A DNA stretch of 64,000 nucleotides from NCBI GenBank assembly GCA_017411435.1, contig JAFQQD010000027.1, positions 2,926-66,925 on the forward strand. The letters are read 5' to 3'. Below the pieces are notes generated by a model. The model made no database searches and had not been told where the DNA came from. It saw nothing but the letters and a program-made list of their open reading frames with translations. The position numbers and the translations under genes were made by a program. Positions 35,711 to 46,882 of the stretch are shown piece by piece. This stretch comes from Clostridia bacterium (lineage in GTDB: Bacteria; Bacillota; Clostridia; UMGS1883). The first letter of the stretch is position 1; every line of letters begins with the position of its first letter.

Positions 35711-36199
35711 TTATTCTGCTTTTTCGCTCTTTTCCGCAGCAATTGCTGTTTTAGAAGCTTCCTGTCTTACATCTGCACGAGCTTTTCTGATTATAGATTG
35801 TGCCTTTGTAAGCTTTGCGTCTGTATCAGCAAAAAGGGAATCAACATACTGTCTTGCGCCCATTCTGAGTTCACGAGAGTTTTTCTGAGCAGCAGCAACA
35901 ATCTGGTTTGCCTGTTCATAAGCTTTCTTTGTGATCTCATGCTCATCAACCATTTTTTCAGTTTTGATTTTTGCAGCATTGATGATATCTTCTGCCTCAG
36001 ACTGTGCTTCAGCAAGGATTCTTTTTCTCTCATCTTTAATAAGTTTCGCCTGCTTCATATCTTCAGGAATATTGAGTCTGATTTCTTCAATTGCGGCAAG
36101 AAGCTCCTCTCTATCGATTAAAGCTCGGTTCAAAAGCGGAATTGTTTTTGTCTGTTCAACCTTGTCTTCCAAAAGGTCAATCATTTTCAAAATTTCCAT
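35711..36199 (-). CDS. Conserved coiled-coil protein (coaD-linked)
   Basis: LEDKVE...PL...ID.EEL..I..IR..P..K.A pattern; usual neighbour of coaD in Clostridia. Confidence 0.75.
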   Translation of the reverse strand: MEILKMIDLLEDKVEQTKTIPLLNRALIDREELLAAIEEIRLNIPEDMKQAKLIKDERKRILAEAQSEAEDIINAAKIKTEKMVDEHEITKKAYEQANQIVAAAQKNSRELRMGARQYVDSLFADTDAKLTKAQSIIRKARADVRQEASKTAIAAEKSEKAE

Positions 36200-36684
36200 T
36201 ATCGTGTGCCTCCTATTTTCTCTTTTATATCTTCTATAATTTCAAGCGGTACCATTTCAGTGAAATCTCCTCCGTACTTGGCAACCTCTTTAACTATACT
36301 TGAGCTAAGGTACGCATATTTAGCGTTTGTAGTTATGAAGAATGTCTCAATTTCAGGAGCTAACTGCTTATTTGTCAGCGACATCTGAAATTCGTATTCA
36401 AAATCAGTTACAGCTCTCAGGCCTTTTACTATGAATTTTGCATTTTTAGCCCTTGCATAATCCACAAGCAGCCCTGTAAAGCCTTCAACCTTTACATTTG
36501 GCAAATCATGAGTAACACGCTCTATAAGAGAAATCCTTTCTTCTACAGAAAACAAAGGATTCTTTGAACTGTTTGAAAGAATGCTTACATACACCATATC
36601 AAAAAGTTCGCTTGTTCTTTTTATAATATCTAAATGACCGTTAGTAACGGGATCAAAACTTCCTGGAACGATAGCAATATTCAT
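36199..36684 (-). CDS. coaD: Phosphopantetheine adenylyltransferase
   Basis: [31 protein letters not shown]. Confidence 0.97.
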   Translation of the reverse strand: MNIAIVPGSFDPVTNGHLDIIKRTSELFDMVYVSILSNSSKNPLFSVEERISLIERVTHDLPNVKVEGFTGLLVDYARAKNAKFIVKGLRAVTDFEYEFQMSLTNKQLAPEIETFFITTNAKYAYLSSSIVKEVAKYGGDFTEMVPLEIIEDIKEKIGGTR

Positions 36685-36688
36685 CAAG

Positions 36689-37234
36689 TCATCTCCATTT
36701 CAAAACCGTTATCCCTACTCTTCCATACTTTTTTTCCTTGAAGACTTCAAACATTTGCCCGATATTAATATGTTTTTCTGCACCAAAGTCCTGTTCAATT
36801 ACAATAAGACCTTCATTGCTGAGAAGTTTATTCTCAGCAATCAGATTGATAGTATTTTCATACAATCCATCTGCGTATGGAGGATCAAGAAAAACAATGT
36901 CAAATTGCTGACTGCAATTTTTGAGGAATCCGATTGCATCTGTCTTCATAACTACCGAGCTCTTAGTAAATTTTGCTGCAGTAATATTTGAATTAATACA
37001 GGAAATAGCCTCTTGCGAACTGTCTATAAAATAGGACTTGTCCGCGCCACGGCTCAGAGCTTCGATACCTAATGCTCCAGAACCTGCAAAGAGATCAAGT
37101 ATTAAAGCCCCATTTATGTACGGGGAAAGCATCGAAAAAACGGCTTCCTTCACCCTGTCGAGTGTAGGTCTTGTTTCTATACCATCAGGACTTACAAGTT
37201 TCAGCCCTCTGGCACTTCCCGATATAACTCTCAC
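36689..37234 (-). CDS. rsmD: 16S rRNA m2G966 methyltransferase
   Basis: [40 protein letters not shown]; GTG start after GGAGG. Confidence 0.94.
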   Translation of the reverse strand: MRVISGSARGLKLVSPDGIETRPTLDRVKEAVFSMLSPYINGALILDLFAGSGALGIEALSRGADKSYFIDSSQEAISCINSNITAAKFTKSSVVMKTDAIGFLKNCSQQFDIVFLDPPYADGLYENTINLIAENKLLSNEGLIVIEQDFGAEKHINIGQMFEVFKEKKYGRVGITVLKWR

Positions 37235-37347
37235 AAATTCCTCCGAAAATAAATTCCTTCTCAATACAGAAAAGGAATTTAGTGTACTATATATATTTTA
37301 CAATAACTTCTGAAAAAGTCAAGTATTTTCGGTTAATTAGTAATAAT

Positions 37348-37989
37348 TTACACTACGCGTCTTGCGGTAACATAATTTCTTACATAATATTCTTTGCTAA
37401 GATTGTCTTTAACAACCCCTCGTGTGCTTGTTGATGCATGTATAAACTCGTTGTTTCCAACATATACGCCAACATGGTTTATGCGTCTGTCGCTTCGATT
37501 AGAGAAGAAAACAAGGTCGCCAGGCTGTAACGCACTTTTCTCAACATAAGAACCTGCACTTCCCTGAGAGATTGATGTGCGCGGTAATGAAATCCCCTGC
37601 TTTTTATATAAGTAGCTAGTAAAACCGCTGCAGTCGAAAGCGTTGGGGCCTGAAGCTCCGTACACATAACTGTAACCAAGATAGTTGTATGCATCTGCCG
37701 CAACTTTTGAAGCAGCATCGCTGCCAGCAGTAGAATATGAAATATAAGGAGCAGATACAAAACCTGTAACTCCATCTTCCATACGAATGTTGTGCCAGCC
37801 GTTATCAGTATAAATAATATCAATCTTTGTTCCGTAAGGAAGCTTTGTTACTATTTCTGATGCAGTGCTTGGGGATACTCGCACATTAAGTATATCACAG
37901 TTAACATATCCAACTTGATTTGCATATGTAGGCATAAATGAGAAAAGCATTAAGACCACAAGCACAAATGAAAGTATATATTTTTTCAT
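37348..37989 (-). CDS. SH3b plus NlpC/P60 cell-wall peptidase
   Basis: Signal peptide; LNVR SH3 motif; FDCSGF, GDLVFF, HVGVY and FIHAS. Confidence 0.92.
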   Translation of the reverse strand: MKKYILSFVLVVLMLFSFMPTYANQVGYVNCDILNVRVSPSTASEIVTKLPYGTKIDIIYTDNGWHNIRMEDGVTGFVSAPYISYSTAGSDAASKVAADAYNYLGYSYVYGASGPNAFDCSGFTSYLYKKQGISLPRTSISQGSAGSYVEKSALQPGDLVFFSNRSDRRINHVGVYVGNNEFIHASTSTRGVVKDNLSKEYYVRNYVTARRVV

Positions 37990-38177
37990 AAATCATTGCT
38001 CCTATTTTTTTCTTACGAGCTTATTATACTATAGTTTTATCAAAATGTCAAACTTTTTTAATAATTTCTTCATAATTTCTAAATTATTTTGAAACGATAT
38101 TGCCGGATTAAAATAATTTTCCGCCTCTCTCCTATTACGACATTTTATCTATAGTTGCTGTTGTATAATTTAATAGG

Positions 38178-39080
38178 GTGGTGCTTGTGACTATTATATA
38201 TATTGATGTTTTGTTTGTTGTTAACCTTTTAATTAACTACATATTGTTGAGAGCGTGTTGCGTTTTGTGCAGATTAAGGCTAAATCAATACAGAATACTT
38301 TTTGGAGCTTTCGTAGGAGCCTCATATGCAGTTCTTGTTTTCTTTCCGGATTTTTCTGTAATATATTCAACTCTGTGCAAAATGCTTATTTCGATGCTTT
38401 TGGTTGCTGTTTCCTTTCCTTTTTATTCTCTTAAAGGATATCTTAAAGCGCTTTTTGTGTTTTACATGGTTTCATTCGGATTTGGCGGATGTGTATTAGG
38501 AACTTTTTATTTTAGTGATGTTGGAGCAAGTCTGGGTGCAGTCTATTCAAATGGTATTTTGTATTTTAATTTGCCGTGGACCATCCTGGCTTTGTCCGGA
38601 ACCCTTTTTTATGTAGCTACAAAGTTATTTGCTTTCTTTTCAAAAAGAAGTTTTAAGGTTAATGGCCTCCGAAAGAAACTATATCTCTCTTTCGGGGATA
38701 AGACGGCAGAAATAACTGCTCTGATGGATACCGGAAACTCTTTGGTCGATCCGTTGACTCTCTCTCCGGTTATAGTAGCTGAATACCGATTATTAAAAAA
38801 CTTGTTCAGCGAGGACATCAGGATTTCTCTTGATAAACTTGAAAACGGAAACCTGATGTGGATTATGGATGATATCGTTCAAAAAGGACTTTCTGCACGC
38901 CTTATCCCCTTCTCATCGTTAGGAAAATCCAATGGAATGCTTATTGGATTTATTCCTGACCGCGCAGAAATCCGTGATGAGTGTGGCGTAAGGGTTCTTG
39001 ATAAATGTGTTGTGGGAATTTGTGACGGTCAACTTTCAAAAGACAGGAGTTACGGAGCTTTACTAAACCCCTATATGTAA
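38178..39080 (+). CDS. spoIIGA: Pro-sigma-E processing aspartic protease
   Basis: YIDVLF..N, multiple TM helices, ALMDTGNSLVDP, LIPFSSLG. Confidence 0.93.
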   Translation: MVLVTIIYIDVLFVVNLLINYILLRACCVLCRLRLNQYRILFGAFVGASYAVLVFFPDFSVIYSTLCKMLISMLLVAVSFPFYSLKGYLKALFVFYMVSFGFGGCVLGTFYFSDVGASLGAVYSNGILYFNLPWTILALSGTLFYVATKLFAFFSKRSFKVNGLRKKLYLSFGDKTAEITALMDTGNSLVDPLTLSPVIVAEYRLLKNLFSEDIRISLDKLENGNLMWIMDDIVQKGLSARLIPFSSLGKSNGMLIGFIPDRAEIRDECGVRVLDKCVVGICDGQLSKDRSYGALLNPYM

Positions 39081-39095
39081 TAAAAGGAATGATTT

Positions 39096-39818
39096 GTGTT
39101 GAATATTATGAAAACAATGAAAGCGTACTATCAGGTAGGTTATCTGAAATTGTTGCAAAAAATGGACATAGAGGAAAGTGTTCATTACATAGGTGGCGGA
39201 ACATATCTTCCTCCTCCACTCTCACAGGAGGAAGAAACTACTCACATTGAAAATATTAATGATGAAAAAAGCCGTCAGATTTTAATTGAGCATAATTTAA
39301 GACTCGTTGTATATATTGCAAAAAAATTTGAAAACACAAACATCTGTGTAGATGATTTAATATCAATAGGAACAATAGGCCTTATAAAAGCAATTAATAC
39401 ATTCAAAAAAGATAAACAGATAAAACTTGCCACATATGCCAGCAGATGTATCGAGAATGAAATACTGATGTATTTAAGAAAAAACAACTCACAAAAAATC
39501 ATCATATCTTTTGACGAGCCTCTCAATGTCGATTGGGACGGAAATGAACTTCTTTTAGGCGATGTATTAGGAACTGATGATGACTGCGTGGATCGCCACC
39601 TGGAAGACGAGGCCGAAAAAGAACTTCTTCGCTCTGCTATGGAAAATCTAGGATTACGAGAAAAACAAATAATGCAACTCCGGTACGGCTTATCCGGTTC
39701 AAGAGAAAAAACACAAAAAGAAGTTGCGCAGATGCTCGGAATAAGTCAAAGTTACATTTCAAGGCTAGAAAAACGGATTATAAAGCGTCTAAAAACCGAA
39801 ATTGCGAAAAACATATAA
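39096..39818 (+). CDS. sigE: Sporulation sigma factor E (pro-form)
   Basis: YIGG...[55 protein letters not shown]. Confidence 0.95.
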   Translation: MLNIMKTMKAYYQVGYLKLLQKMDIEESVHYIGGGTYLPPPLSQEEETTHIENINDEKSRQILIEHNLRLVVYIAKKFENTNICVDDLISIGTIGLIKAINTFKKDKQIKLATYASRCIENEILMYLRKNNSQKIIISFDEPLNVDWDGNELLLGDVLGTDDDCVDRHLEDEAEKELLRSAMENLGLREKQIMQLRYGLSGSREKTQKEVAQMLGISQSYISRLEKRIIKRLKTEIAKNI

Positions 39819-39903
39819 AAGTTTGTGCGTTTTTTATAAAAAAATGTTGAAAAATGCTCTCAATTTGTGTATAATTAGTTCGTATGCACTTAGGAGGGAT
39901 ATA

Positions 39904-41433
39904 ATGTTCTTTCAACACAAAGAAAAGATTAGTAATGCGGATGCAATGCGCGAATTCGAAAAATTATGGAATGAAGAGCTTCTTAAAAGAGGCGAATACA
40001 GAGACTTTTCCAAAGCGTATGATTATGCAATAAAAAATGCGTCAATCCGCGAAGAATGTATAAAAAAATACTTTGATTTTGAGTCAGAAGGTTCTGTAAG
40101 ATATAAGGAAGCTTGCCATGCTTTTGACGAAGGGGATATTTACTGGACTTTTATACTGTTGCGTCAGTTTTCCAGTGTGCCTTCCCTTAACGCAACATTA
40201 AAGGAACTTACAAACAAGCGTCGTATTTTTCTCTCCGAAGACCGCAAGGAATCTGTCGTAGCGCGTCAAAGTGTCGAGATTTTTCTGGAAAGAATAATGA
40301 AAGCTTCTTCAAAGAAGTCCGAAGAGTTTGTTAAAGATGCACTGTTAAATTTTGATGCTTATAATGCATTAAAAGAACAGAAAAAATATAAATCAGCATA
40401 CAAAACGATTGTTTTTGCAGATAAAGCTAACAGCTATGTTATCAATCTGAAAAAACACCTCTACTATGTAGCAAGCCGCAATATTACAGAGGAAAATAAA
40501 GAACAGACAAAAAAATATTTTGAGCTTATTAAGAAATATTTTAATTTCAAAAGAAAAACAAAGGAAAACGAGCTTATTACGGTTGATGACATAGATATTA
40601 TAATTGCACTTCTGACATATATGAAAAATGGCGGAGATGTTTCACCGGAAGATCTCTCAAAAAGACTGCACAGGACAGTTAAAGTATACTGTGCGGAAAA
40701 CCTCTCTTCCTCTGTTTGCGTTTTGGCGGACTACTTGCATCTTATTGGCGAAACTGAGCTTGAACAAATTGCTTTAAGACAGCTCGTGAAAAGTGGACAG
40801 TCAATCAATGATAAGTACAAAAAGCGCTATACTTATCTTGAACTTATGAACGAAAATTCAAACAAGTTTATTTTCAGACACAATTCTAAAATTCCGCTTG
40901 AGTGCATTGTTCGGAACGAAAGCGTGGATACTCTTCCTGAAATCTTTAAGAAGAGTGTTAAAGAAAAGGATGTTAACTCATGGTGTCTCGTTGTAAAACA
41001 TGATGTTAAGACATATGAATCAAACTGTAAAAATTTCCAAGAAGATAAGATTCTTTCAACACTGGAAACAGTACTCGATAATGAATTCGGAGATTATTTG
41101 TTAGAGCATTCTGTCGATACATACTTTACAGGAGACAGCAGCAAAAAAGCTAAAGAGTCCATGCTCATAATAACAAGCGGAAGAAACCATTACAGCGATT
41201 TCCCGAAGCTTGGAGTTATGGTTAAGATAGAACCTATCACAAAGAAAATTATAAATGTTCATTACTGCGTACTCTACCTCCCCGAAGAGGAATATACGCC
41301 TTCTCTTTTGGAAGAAGACTGTAAATACATTGAAAAAATTCTCAATGATGATACAGATTCCAGATATAAAACTTTCTCTACTGTTGTCGAAGAGCTAGTA
41401 TGGAACACAGTCAATGATTTGTTAGCTAAATAA
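39904..41433 (+). CDS. Hypothetical 509-aa protein
   Basis: Long ORF; SD AGGAGG at 39892; own terminator 41438-41470; no recognised domain. Confidence 0.75.
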   Translation: MFFQHKEKISNADAMREFEKLWNEELLKRGEYRDFSKAYDYAIKNASIREECIKKYFDFESEGSVRYKEACHAFDEGDIYWTFILLRQFSSVPSLNATLKELTNKRRIFLSEDRKESVVARQSVEIFLERIMKASSKKSEEFVKDALLNFDAYNALKEQKKYKSAYKTIVFADKANSYVINLKKHLYYVASRNITEENKEQTKKYFELIKKYFNFKRKTKENELITVDDIDIIIALLTYMKNGGDVSPEDLSKRLHRTVKVYCAENLSSSVCVLADYLHLIGETELEQIALRQLVKSGQSINDKYKKRYTYLELMNENSNKFIFRHNSKIPLECIVRNESVDTLPEIFKKSVKEKDVNSWCLVVKHDVKTYESNCKNFQEDKILSTLETVLDNEFGDYLLEHSVDTYFTGDSSKKAKESMLIITSGRNHYSDFPKLGVMVKIEPITKKIINVHYCVLYLPEEEYTPSLLEEDCKYIEKILNDDTDSRYKTFSTVVEELVWNTVNDLLAK

Positions 41434-41492
41434 TGTTAGAACGCCATCCACAATCAAAGGATGGCGTTCTTTATATATTTTATAAAAAATAC

Positions 41493-41521
41493 TTGCAATT
41501 TCATGAAATTCCGTGTATAAT
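41493..41521 (+). promoter_or_regulatory. Sigma-A promoter of tRNA-Ser
   Basis: TTGCAA, 17 bp, TATAAT. Confidence 0.75.
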
Positions 41522-41536
41522 ACTAAAGTCGGTTAT

Positions 41537-41628
41537 GGAGAGATGGCTGAGTTGGTCTAAGGCGCACGACTGGAAATCGTGTAACGGCTAATACCCGTTC
41601 GAGGGTTCGAATCCCTCTCTCTCCGCCA
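41537..41628 (+). tRNA. tRNA-Ser (anticodon GGA)
   Basis: GGAGAGA/TCTCTCC acceptor stem; CACGA-CTGGAAA-TCGTG anticodon arm; long variable arm; GGTTCGAATCC T-loop; encoded CCA. Confidence 0.97.
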
Positions 41629-41804
41629 AAGAAGTCGGTTACCTTTTTTAGGTAGCCGGCTTTTTTTATTTTATAGGGATTCGAACCCTCGAAGGCAAAA
41701 GAGTTATCTTTTTTCGATAATTTCTTTTTTATTTAATTCGTATATATTTTTGTTTGAAAGGTAAAATTAATATATACTTGTTTTTAGCGAAAGGAAAATG
41801 TTAT

Positions 41805-42062
41805 ATGACAGAATTTACATTTACGGTCAAAGATTCATCAGGTATACATGCAAGACCGGCAGGATTACTTGTTAAAGAAGCCGGCAAGTACAGTTCTGAT
41901 ATAAAAATTCTCCATAACAGCAAACAAGCAGATGCAAAGAGAATTTTTTCGGTTATGGGGCTTGGCGTTAAATGCGGGGACAGCATAAAACTAGTAATTA
42001 ACGGAGAAGATGAAAATCTAGCAAAAAAAGAACTTATGGAGTTTTTAAGCCAGAATTTGTAA
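41805..42062 (+). CDS. ptsH: Phosphocarrier protein HPr
   Basis: GIHARPAG (His15) and AKRIFSVMGLG (Ser46). Confidence 0.95.
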   Translation: MTEFTFTVKDSSGIHARPAGLLVKEAGKYSSDIKILHNSKQADAKRIFSVMGLGVKCGDSIKLVINGEDENLAKKELMEFLSQNL

Positions 42063-42072
42063 GGAGTTATAT

Positions 42073-43704
42073 ATGAAATCTTATCATGGAAAAAGTGTCT
42101 ATGGCGGAATAGCTATAGGGAAAATTAGATTTTGGAAAAAATCCGATGCGGACATAGCATGTTACAGAGTAAAGAACCCTGATGAAGAATTCATAAGATT
42201 TGAAAAAGCTCTTTCTGAAGCTAAAAATCAGATTGATAATTTGAAAGAAAAAGCCTTGAACGAAGTTGGAGAAGAAAATGCGGAAATATTTGAGATTCAT
42301 AAATTAATGCTTGAAGATAAAGATTATATTGAATCTGTTGAAAACATAATTTGCAACCAGGGTATTAATGCCGAATATGCTGTGTCGGCCACTGCAGAAA
42401 CATTTGCAGCTATGTTTTCCGGGATGGATGACCATTACATGCAAGCTCGGGCTGTAGATGTAAGGGATATTTCAGACAGAATAGTAGACATACTCTCAAA
42501 AAAAAGCGAAAGCATTGTTTCTTACAATGAACCTGTTATCATAGTCGCAGAAGACCTCACTCCCAGCGAAGCACTTCAACTTGACAAATCTAAAATACTC
42601 GCATTCGTAACTTTCAAGGGTTCCTTAAACTCACATACCGCAATCTTAGCAAGAACCATGAATATACCTGCGATAATTGGTGTTGACCTTATCTCGAATG
42701 AAGATATTGATGGAAATTTGGCTGTTGTTGATGGGTTCAGTGGTACAATTTATATAGAGCCGGATGAGGAATTTCTTAAAAAAAGTTATCAGTGTCTTAA
42801 GGAGGAGCTGGAGAAAAAAGAGCTCCTCGAAACATTGAAAGGCAAAGAGAACACCACTCTTGATGGAAAAAAGATTGAGCTTTTTGCAAATATCGGAAAT
42901 ATCAAAGATGTGTCTCTTGTTATTGAAAATGATGCTAATGGAATCGGGCTTTTTCGAAGTGAGTTTATTTTTCTCGAGAAGAACACTTTTCCTTCCGAGG
43001 AAGAGCAGTTTGCAATATATAAAAATGCTGTTGAGACTATGGCGGGAAAAAAAGTTATAATAAGAACCCTCGACATTGGCGCGGATAAAAAGGTTGATTA
43101 TTTCAAACTCGAACAAGAAGAAAATCCAGCCCTTGGCTTGCGTGCAATAAGATTATGTATTAAGCGCCCTGAGATATTCAAAACGCAGCTCAGAGCACTT
43201 TTAAGAGCTTCTTTTTACGGAAATCTTTCAATAATGTTTCCTATGATTACCTCGCTTAAAGAGGTTTGTGATGTAAAAAGAATGGTATATCAAACCGCAG
43301 CAGAACTAGAGAGTCAGAACATCAATTACAAAATTCCTGAAATGGGAATCATGATCGAAACTCCTGCCGCTGTTATGATTTCTGATGAGCTTGCCAAGGA
43401 GGTGGATTTCTTCAGCATCGGAACAAATGACCTTTCGCAGTATTCTATGGCAATAGACAGACAAAACGAAGAACTTGATGAGTTCTTTGACCCATACCAC
43501 AAGGCAATTATCAGGATGATAGATATTACCACTCAAAATGCACATAAGGCAGGAATCTGGGTGGGGATATGCGGAGAATTAGCTGCTGATACCGATCTTA
43601 CACAAACTTTCCTCTCTATTGGAGTTGATGAACTCTCTGTTTCCCCTTCACGCCTCCTCCCTGTTCGTAAAAAAATAAGAGAAATAGATTTAAGGAAAAA
43701 ATAA
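42073..43704 (+). CDS. ptsI: PTS enzyme I
   Basis: SHTAILAR, GLFRSEF, RTLDIGADK, ENPALGLRAIR, FSIGTNDL, GICGE. Confidence 0.97.
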   Translation: MKSYHGKSVYGGIAIGKIRFWKKSDADIACYRVKNPDEEFIRFEKALSEAKNQIDNLKEKALNEVGEENAEIFEIHKLMLEDKDYIESVENIICNQGINAEYAVSATAETFAAMFSGMDDHYMQARAVDVRDISDRIVDILSKKSESIVSYNEPVIIVAEDLTPSEALQLDKSKILAFVTFKGSLNSHTAILARTMNIPAIIGVDLISNEDIDGNLAVVDGFSGTIYIEPDEEFLKKSYQCLKEELEKKELLETLKGKENTTLDGKKIELFANIGNIKDVSLVIENDANGIGLFRSEFIFLEKNTFPSEEEQFAIYKNAVETMAGKKVIIRTLDIGADKKVDYFKLEQEENPALGLRAIRLCIKRPEIFKTQLRALLRASFYGNLSIMFPMITSLKEVCDVKRMVYQTAAELESQNINYKIPEMGIMIETPAAVMISDELAKEVDFFSIGTNDLSQYSMAIDRQNEELDEFFDPYHKAIIRMIDITTQNAHKAGIWVGICGELAADTDLTQTFLSIGVDELSVSPSRLLPVRKKIREIDLRKK

Positions 43705-43722
43705 AAGTGGCTTTAGCCACTT

Positions 43723-45159
43723 TTATTTTTTCCATGTATACGGAGAGAAAAGTATTAATATCGGGAAAACCTCAAGTCTTCCTATGAGCATATCAAAGGT
43801 TAGTACCAATATTGAAAAATCAGAGTAAACCGAGAAGTTGGATGTCGGACCGACTTTTGCAAGGCCCGGCCCTATATTATTGAGAGTGGCTGCGACTGCA
43901 GTAAAATTAGTAGTAAAATCAAGATTGTCGATGCTGATTGCAAGAAGCGATAAAACAAACACAACAATATACGCTGCCATAAATACATTTACGCTTCTTA
44001 CGGTTTCATGTTCCACTATTCTTCCGCTCATCTGGATTTTTTTCGTAAGTTTCGGGTGTGCCGCTATAGATATTTCTTTTTTGATACTCTTAAGATAAAT
44101 AAGTATTCTTGATACTTTTATACCACCTCCGGTACTTCCTGCACAGGCGCCTATAAACATAAGCAAAACAAGTATCGTTTTTGAAAGTTCCGGAAATTTA
44201 TCAAAGTCGACAGTAGAAAACCCCGTTGTGGTCATTATTGAAGAAACCTGGAATGCACTGTGTCTCAATGACGCCCATATGTTTTCAAACAGATTTACAC
44301 AGTTAATACTTATTATAAGCGTAGACACGAGAATAATTCCTATATATGCTTTCACTTCGTCAGACTTGAGCATAAGTTTGAATTTACCAAGTAACAGCAG
44401 ATAATATACGGAAAAATCAATTCCAAAGAGAGCCATAAATACAGTAATTACTATCTGAAGATACGGAGAATAGTCAGCAAGGCTGGAATTTTTGATTCCA
44501 AAACCACCCGTTCCTGCTGTGCCGAACATATGAGTTATTGCTTCAAAAAAGCTCATGCCACCGGCAAGAAGTAAAACCAAAAGAATTAAGCTTAGTCCTA
44601 TATAAATTCCATAAAGAATTTTTGCACTTGATTTTACCTTCGGGACAAGCTTGTTTACGGCAGGTCCTGTACTTTCAGCTCTCATAAGATGGAGGTTACT
44701 TCCACCCGACAAGGATAATATAGCCATCAAAAATACGAGTACTCCCATACCGCCTATCCAATGAGTAAAACTTCTCCAGAAAAGAACAGATTTTGGGATT
44801 ACTTCAACATCTTTGAGAATGGATGCGCCGGTGGTAGTAAATCCCGAGGCAGTTTCAAAGAACGCGTGTATAAAGTTTGGTATCGCCTCTGAAAAAACGA
44901 ACGGTAATGCACCAAAAAGACTCATTAATATCCAAGAAAGAGCAACAACAACGAAGCCCTCTTTGGAATACATTTCATTCTTCTTCGGCTTTATAAGATA
45001 CAAAGGGATGCCACATACAAGACATAAAACAATAGATGCTATAAAACTGTATATGGCCACTTCATCGTATATTATTGCACATATTGAAGGGAGTATTAAA
45101 AGCATTGCTTCAAAGCACAGCACTACTCCCAAAGTGTGAAAAATTCGTTTGAAATCCAT
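43723..45159 (-). CDS. trkH: Trk K+ uptake membrane subunit
   Basis: FETASGFTTTG, WIGGMG, TAGTGGF, GACAGSTGGGIK, LNNIGPG, GRLE. Confidence 0.95.
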   Translation of the reverse strand: MDFKRIFHTLGVVLCFEAMLLILPSICAIIYDEVAIYSFIASIVLCLVCGIPLYLIKPKKNEMYSKEGFVVVALSWILMSLFGALPFVFSEAIPNFIHAFFETASGFTTTGASILKDVEVIPKSVLFWRSFTHWIGGMGVLVFLMAILSLSGGSNLHLMRAESTGPAVNKLVPKVKSSAKILYGIYIGLSLILLVLLLAGGMSFFEAITHMFGTAGTGGFGIKNSSLADYSPYLQIVITVFMALFGIDFSVYYLLLLGKFKLMLKSDEVKAYIGIILVSTLIISINCVNLFENIWASLRHSAFQVSSIMTTTGFSTVDFDKFPELSKTILVLLMFIGACAGSTGGGIKVSRILIYLKSIKKEISIAAHPKLTKKIQMSGRIVEHETVRSVNVFMAAYIVVFVLSLLAISIDNLDFTTNFTAVAATLNNIGPGLAKVGPTSNFSVYSDFSILVLTFDMLIGRLEVFPILILFSPYTWKK

Positions 45160-45163
45160 AAAA

Positions 45164-46528
45164 TCAACCTTCCAAAATATCGTTGATATCCTTTAGTCCA
45201 CTAAGGGTTGTAACAACTACTACGCTGTCACCAACATGGATAGAATCCTGACCTTTCGGGATTATTACCTTTCCGTCACGGTTAATGCAGGATATAATGT
45301 TGTTCTTTCTTATATTGAGTTGGTACAACGGTTTTCCGACAACCGCGGATTTCTCTTTTATATGGAATTCAAGTGCTTCAGCCTTGCCACCAAGAATATA
45401 GTGCATGGTTTCTATATTGTTACTTGTAAATGAGTTGTTTTTTGCTCTTACGAAACGCAGAACATCCTCTGCTGTAATTGTTTTAGGATGTATAATTGTA
45501 TCAAGATCGAGCTTTCTTATTATTTCATCATACTCTACACGGTTAATCTTTGTAATAAGCTTTCCACCTGTTTTGCTTTTAGCAAAAAGTGAGAGTATTA
45601 TATTTTCCTCGTCTATATTGGTAAGAGCAATAACAGAATCAGCACTTTCTATCCCCTCTTCGAGAAGAAGCGCATTATCAGTGCCATCACCGTTTATAAT
45701 AGTGGCTTTTGGAAGCAAACAGGAAAGTTCCTCACATCTTTCCTTTTTCTCTTCAATGATTTTAACATCTATACCTGCCTGAATGAGCATGTTCGCAAGA
45801 TAATATCCTGTTACTCCGCCACCTATAATAATTGAATTTTTAACTCTTGATGATTTAATACCTATTTTTTTGAAAAAGACATTGGCATTATTGTATGTTG
45901 ATACAATACTTATAAGATCTCCGGGGTGAAATTCGAAATTACCATCAGGGATATAGACCTCTCCCCCTCTTTCAACACCGCAAACAAGAACATCACAATT
46001 AAGCTTTGCTCCCATCTCCGAAAGTTTTAATCCTTGAAGAACAGAGTCATCATTAATTTTGAACTTAAGTATTTCTATTCTGCCCTTTGCAAAAGTATCT
46101 ATCTGGATGGCTGTCGGAAATTTCAGAATTCTTGCTATTTCTCGCGCTGCAGCTATATCTGAATTGATAGCAAGTGCAAGCCCGATATCATCTTTGAAAA
46201 GATTAATTGTTTTTGTATATTGCGGCTTTCTTACCCTTGCAATAGTCTGACAGTCTCCTATTTTTTTCGCGAGAAGGCATGTTGTGAAATTTATTTCATC
46301 ACTGCCTGTAGTAGCAATCAATATATCGGCATCTTTAACGCCTGCCTCTTCTAATATTTCAGCATTGATACAGTCGCCGGAAACACCCATTACATCGTGT
46401 TTGTTTACAATTTCATTCAAAATATGATTACGAATATCGACAACTGTTATATTGTGTTCCTTTTCTTCACATAATTTCTCTATTATTTTTTGACCTGTTT
46501 TACCACAACCGACAATTATAATATTCAT
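45164..46528 (-). CDS. trkA: Trk K+ uptake NAD-binding subunit
   Basis: Two RCK_N (GCGKTG; GGGVTG) and RCK_C pairs. Confidence 0.95.
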   Translation of the reverse strand: MNIIIVGCGKTGQKIIEKLCEEKEHNITVVDIRNHILNEIVNKHDVMGVSGDCINAEILEEAGVKDADILIATTGSDEINFTTCLLAKKIGDCQTIARVRKPQYTKTINLFKDDIGLALAINSDIAAAREIARILKFPTAIQIDTFAKGRIEILKFKINDDSVLQGLKLSEMGAKLNCDVLVCGVERGGEVYIPDGNFEFHPGDLISIVSTYNNANVFFKKIGIKSSRVKNSIIIGGGVTGYYLANMLIQAGIDVKIIEEKKERCEELSCLLPKATIINGDGTDNALLLEEGIESADSVIALTNIDEENIILSLFAKSKTGGKLITKINRVEYDEIIRKLDLDTIIHPKTITAEDVLRFVRAKNNSFTSNNIETMHYILGGKAEALEFHIKEKSAVVGKPLYQLNIRKNNIISCINRDGKVIIPKGQDSIHVGDSVVVVTTLSGLKDINDILEG

Positions 46529-46622
46529 TGATTCACCTTCTTTAGAGGAAATTATAACAAAAAAAGCAAGAACTTTCAAGTGTTATCTATAAAAATATAC
46601 CCTGCTGCTGCAGGGTATATTT

Positions 46623-46814
46623 TTACTCAGTAATAATAATGTCAAGCGCTTCTTTGAGTTCTGCGTTGGGTACCAATATCTCAAAACAATCTTCGCCAAC
46701 CCGGTCCTCAAGCTTTATGCTGCGCATCATCACAAGAATTTCAGAATTCTCCATTTTTCTGCGCATAGCCCGTGCAGTATCAATATTTTGCGTCATATAT
46801 ACTGAAGTCCACAT
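46623..46814 (-). CDS. Small conserved hypothetical protein downstream of dnaE
   Basis: MWTSVY...FEILVP..E...A; followed by terminator 46591-46624. Confidence 0.65.
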   Translation of the reverse strand: MWTSVYMTQNIDTARAMRRKMENSEILVMMRSIKLEDRVGEDCFEILVPNAELKEALDIIITE

Positions 46815-46882
46815 AAATATTTTCCTTTCAAGCATATTGCCAGTGGATATATTACAACATTTTGGCTGAGATTTCAAGTAAA

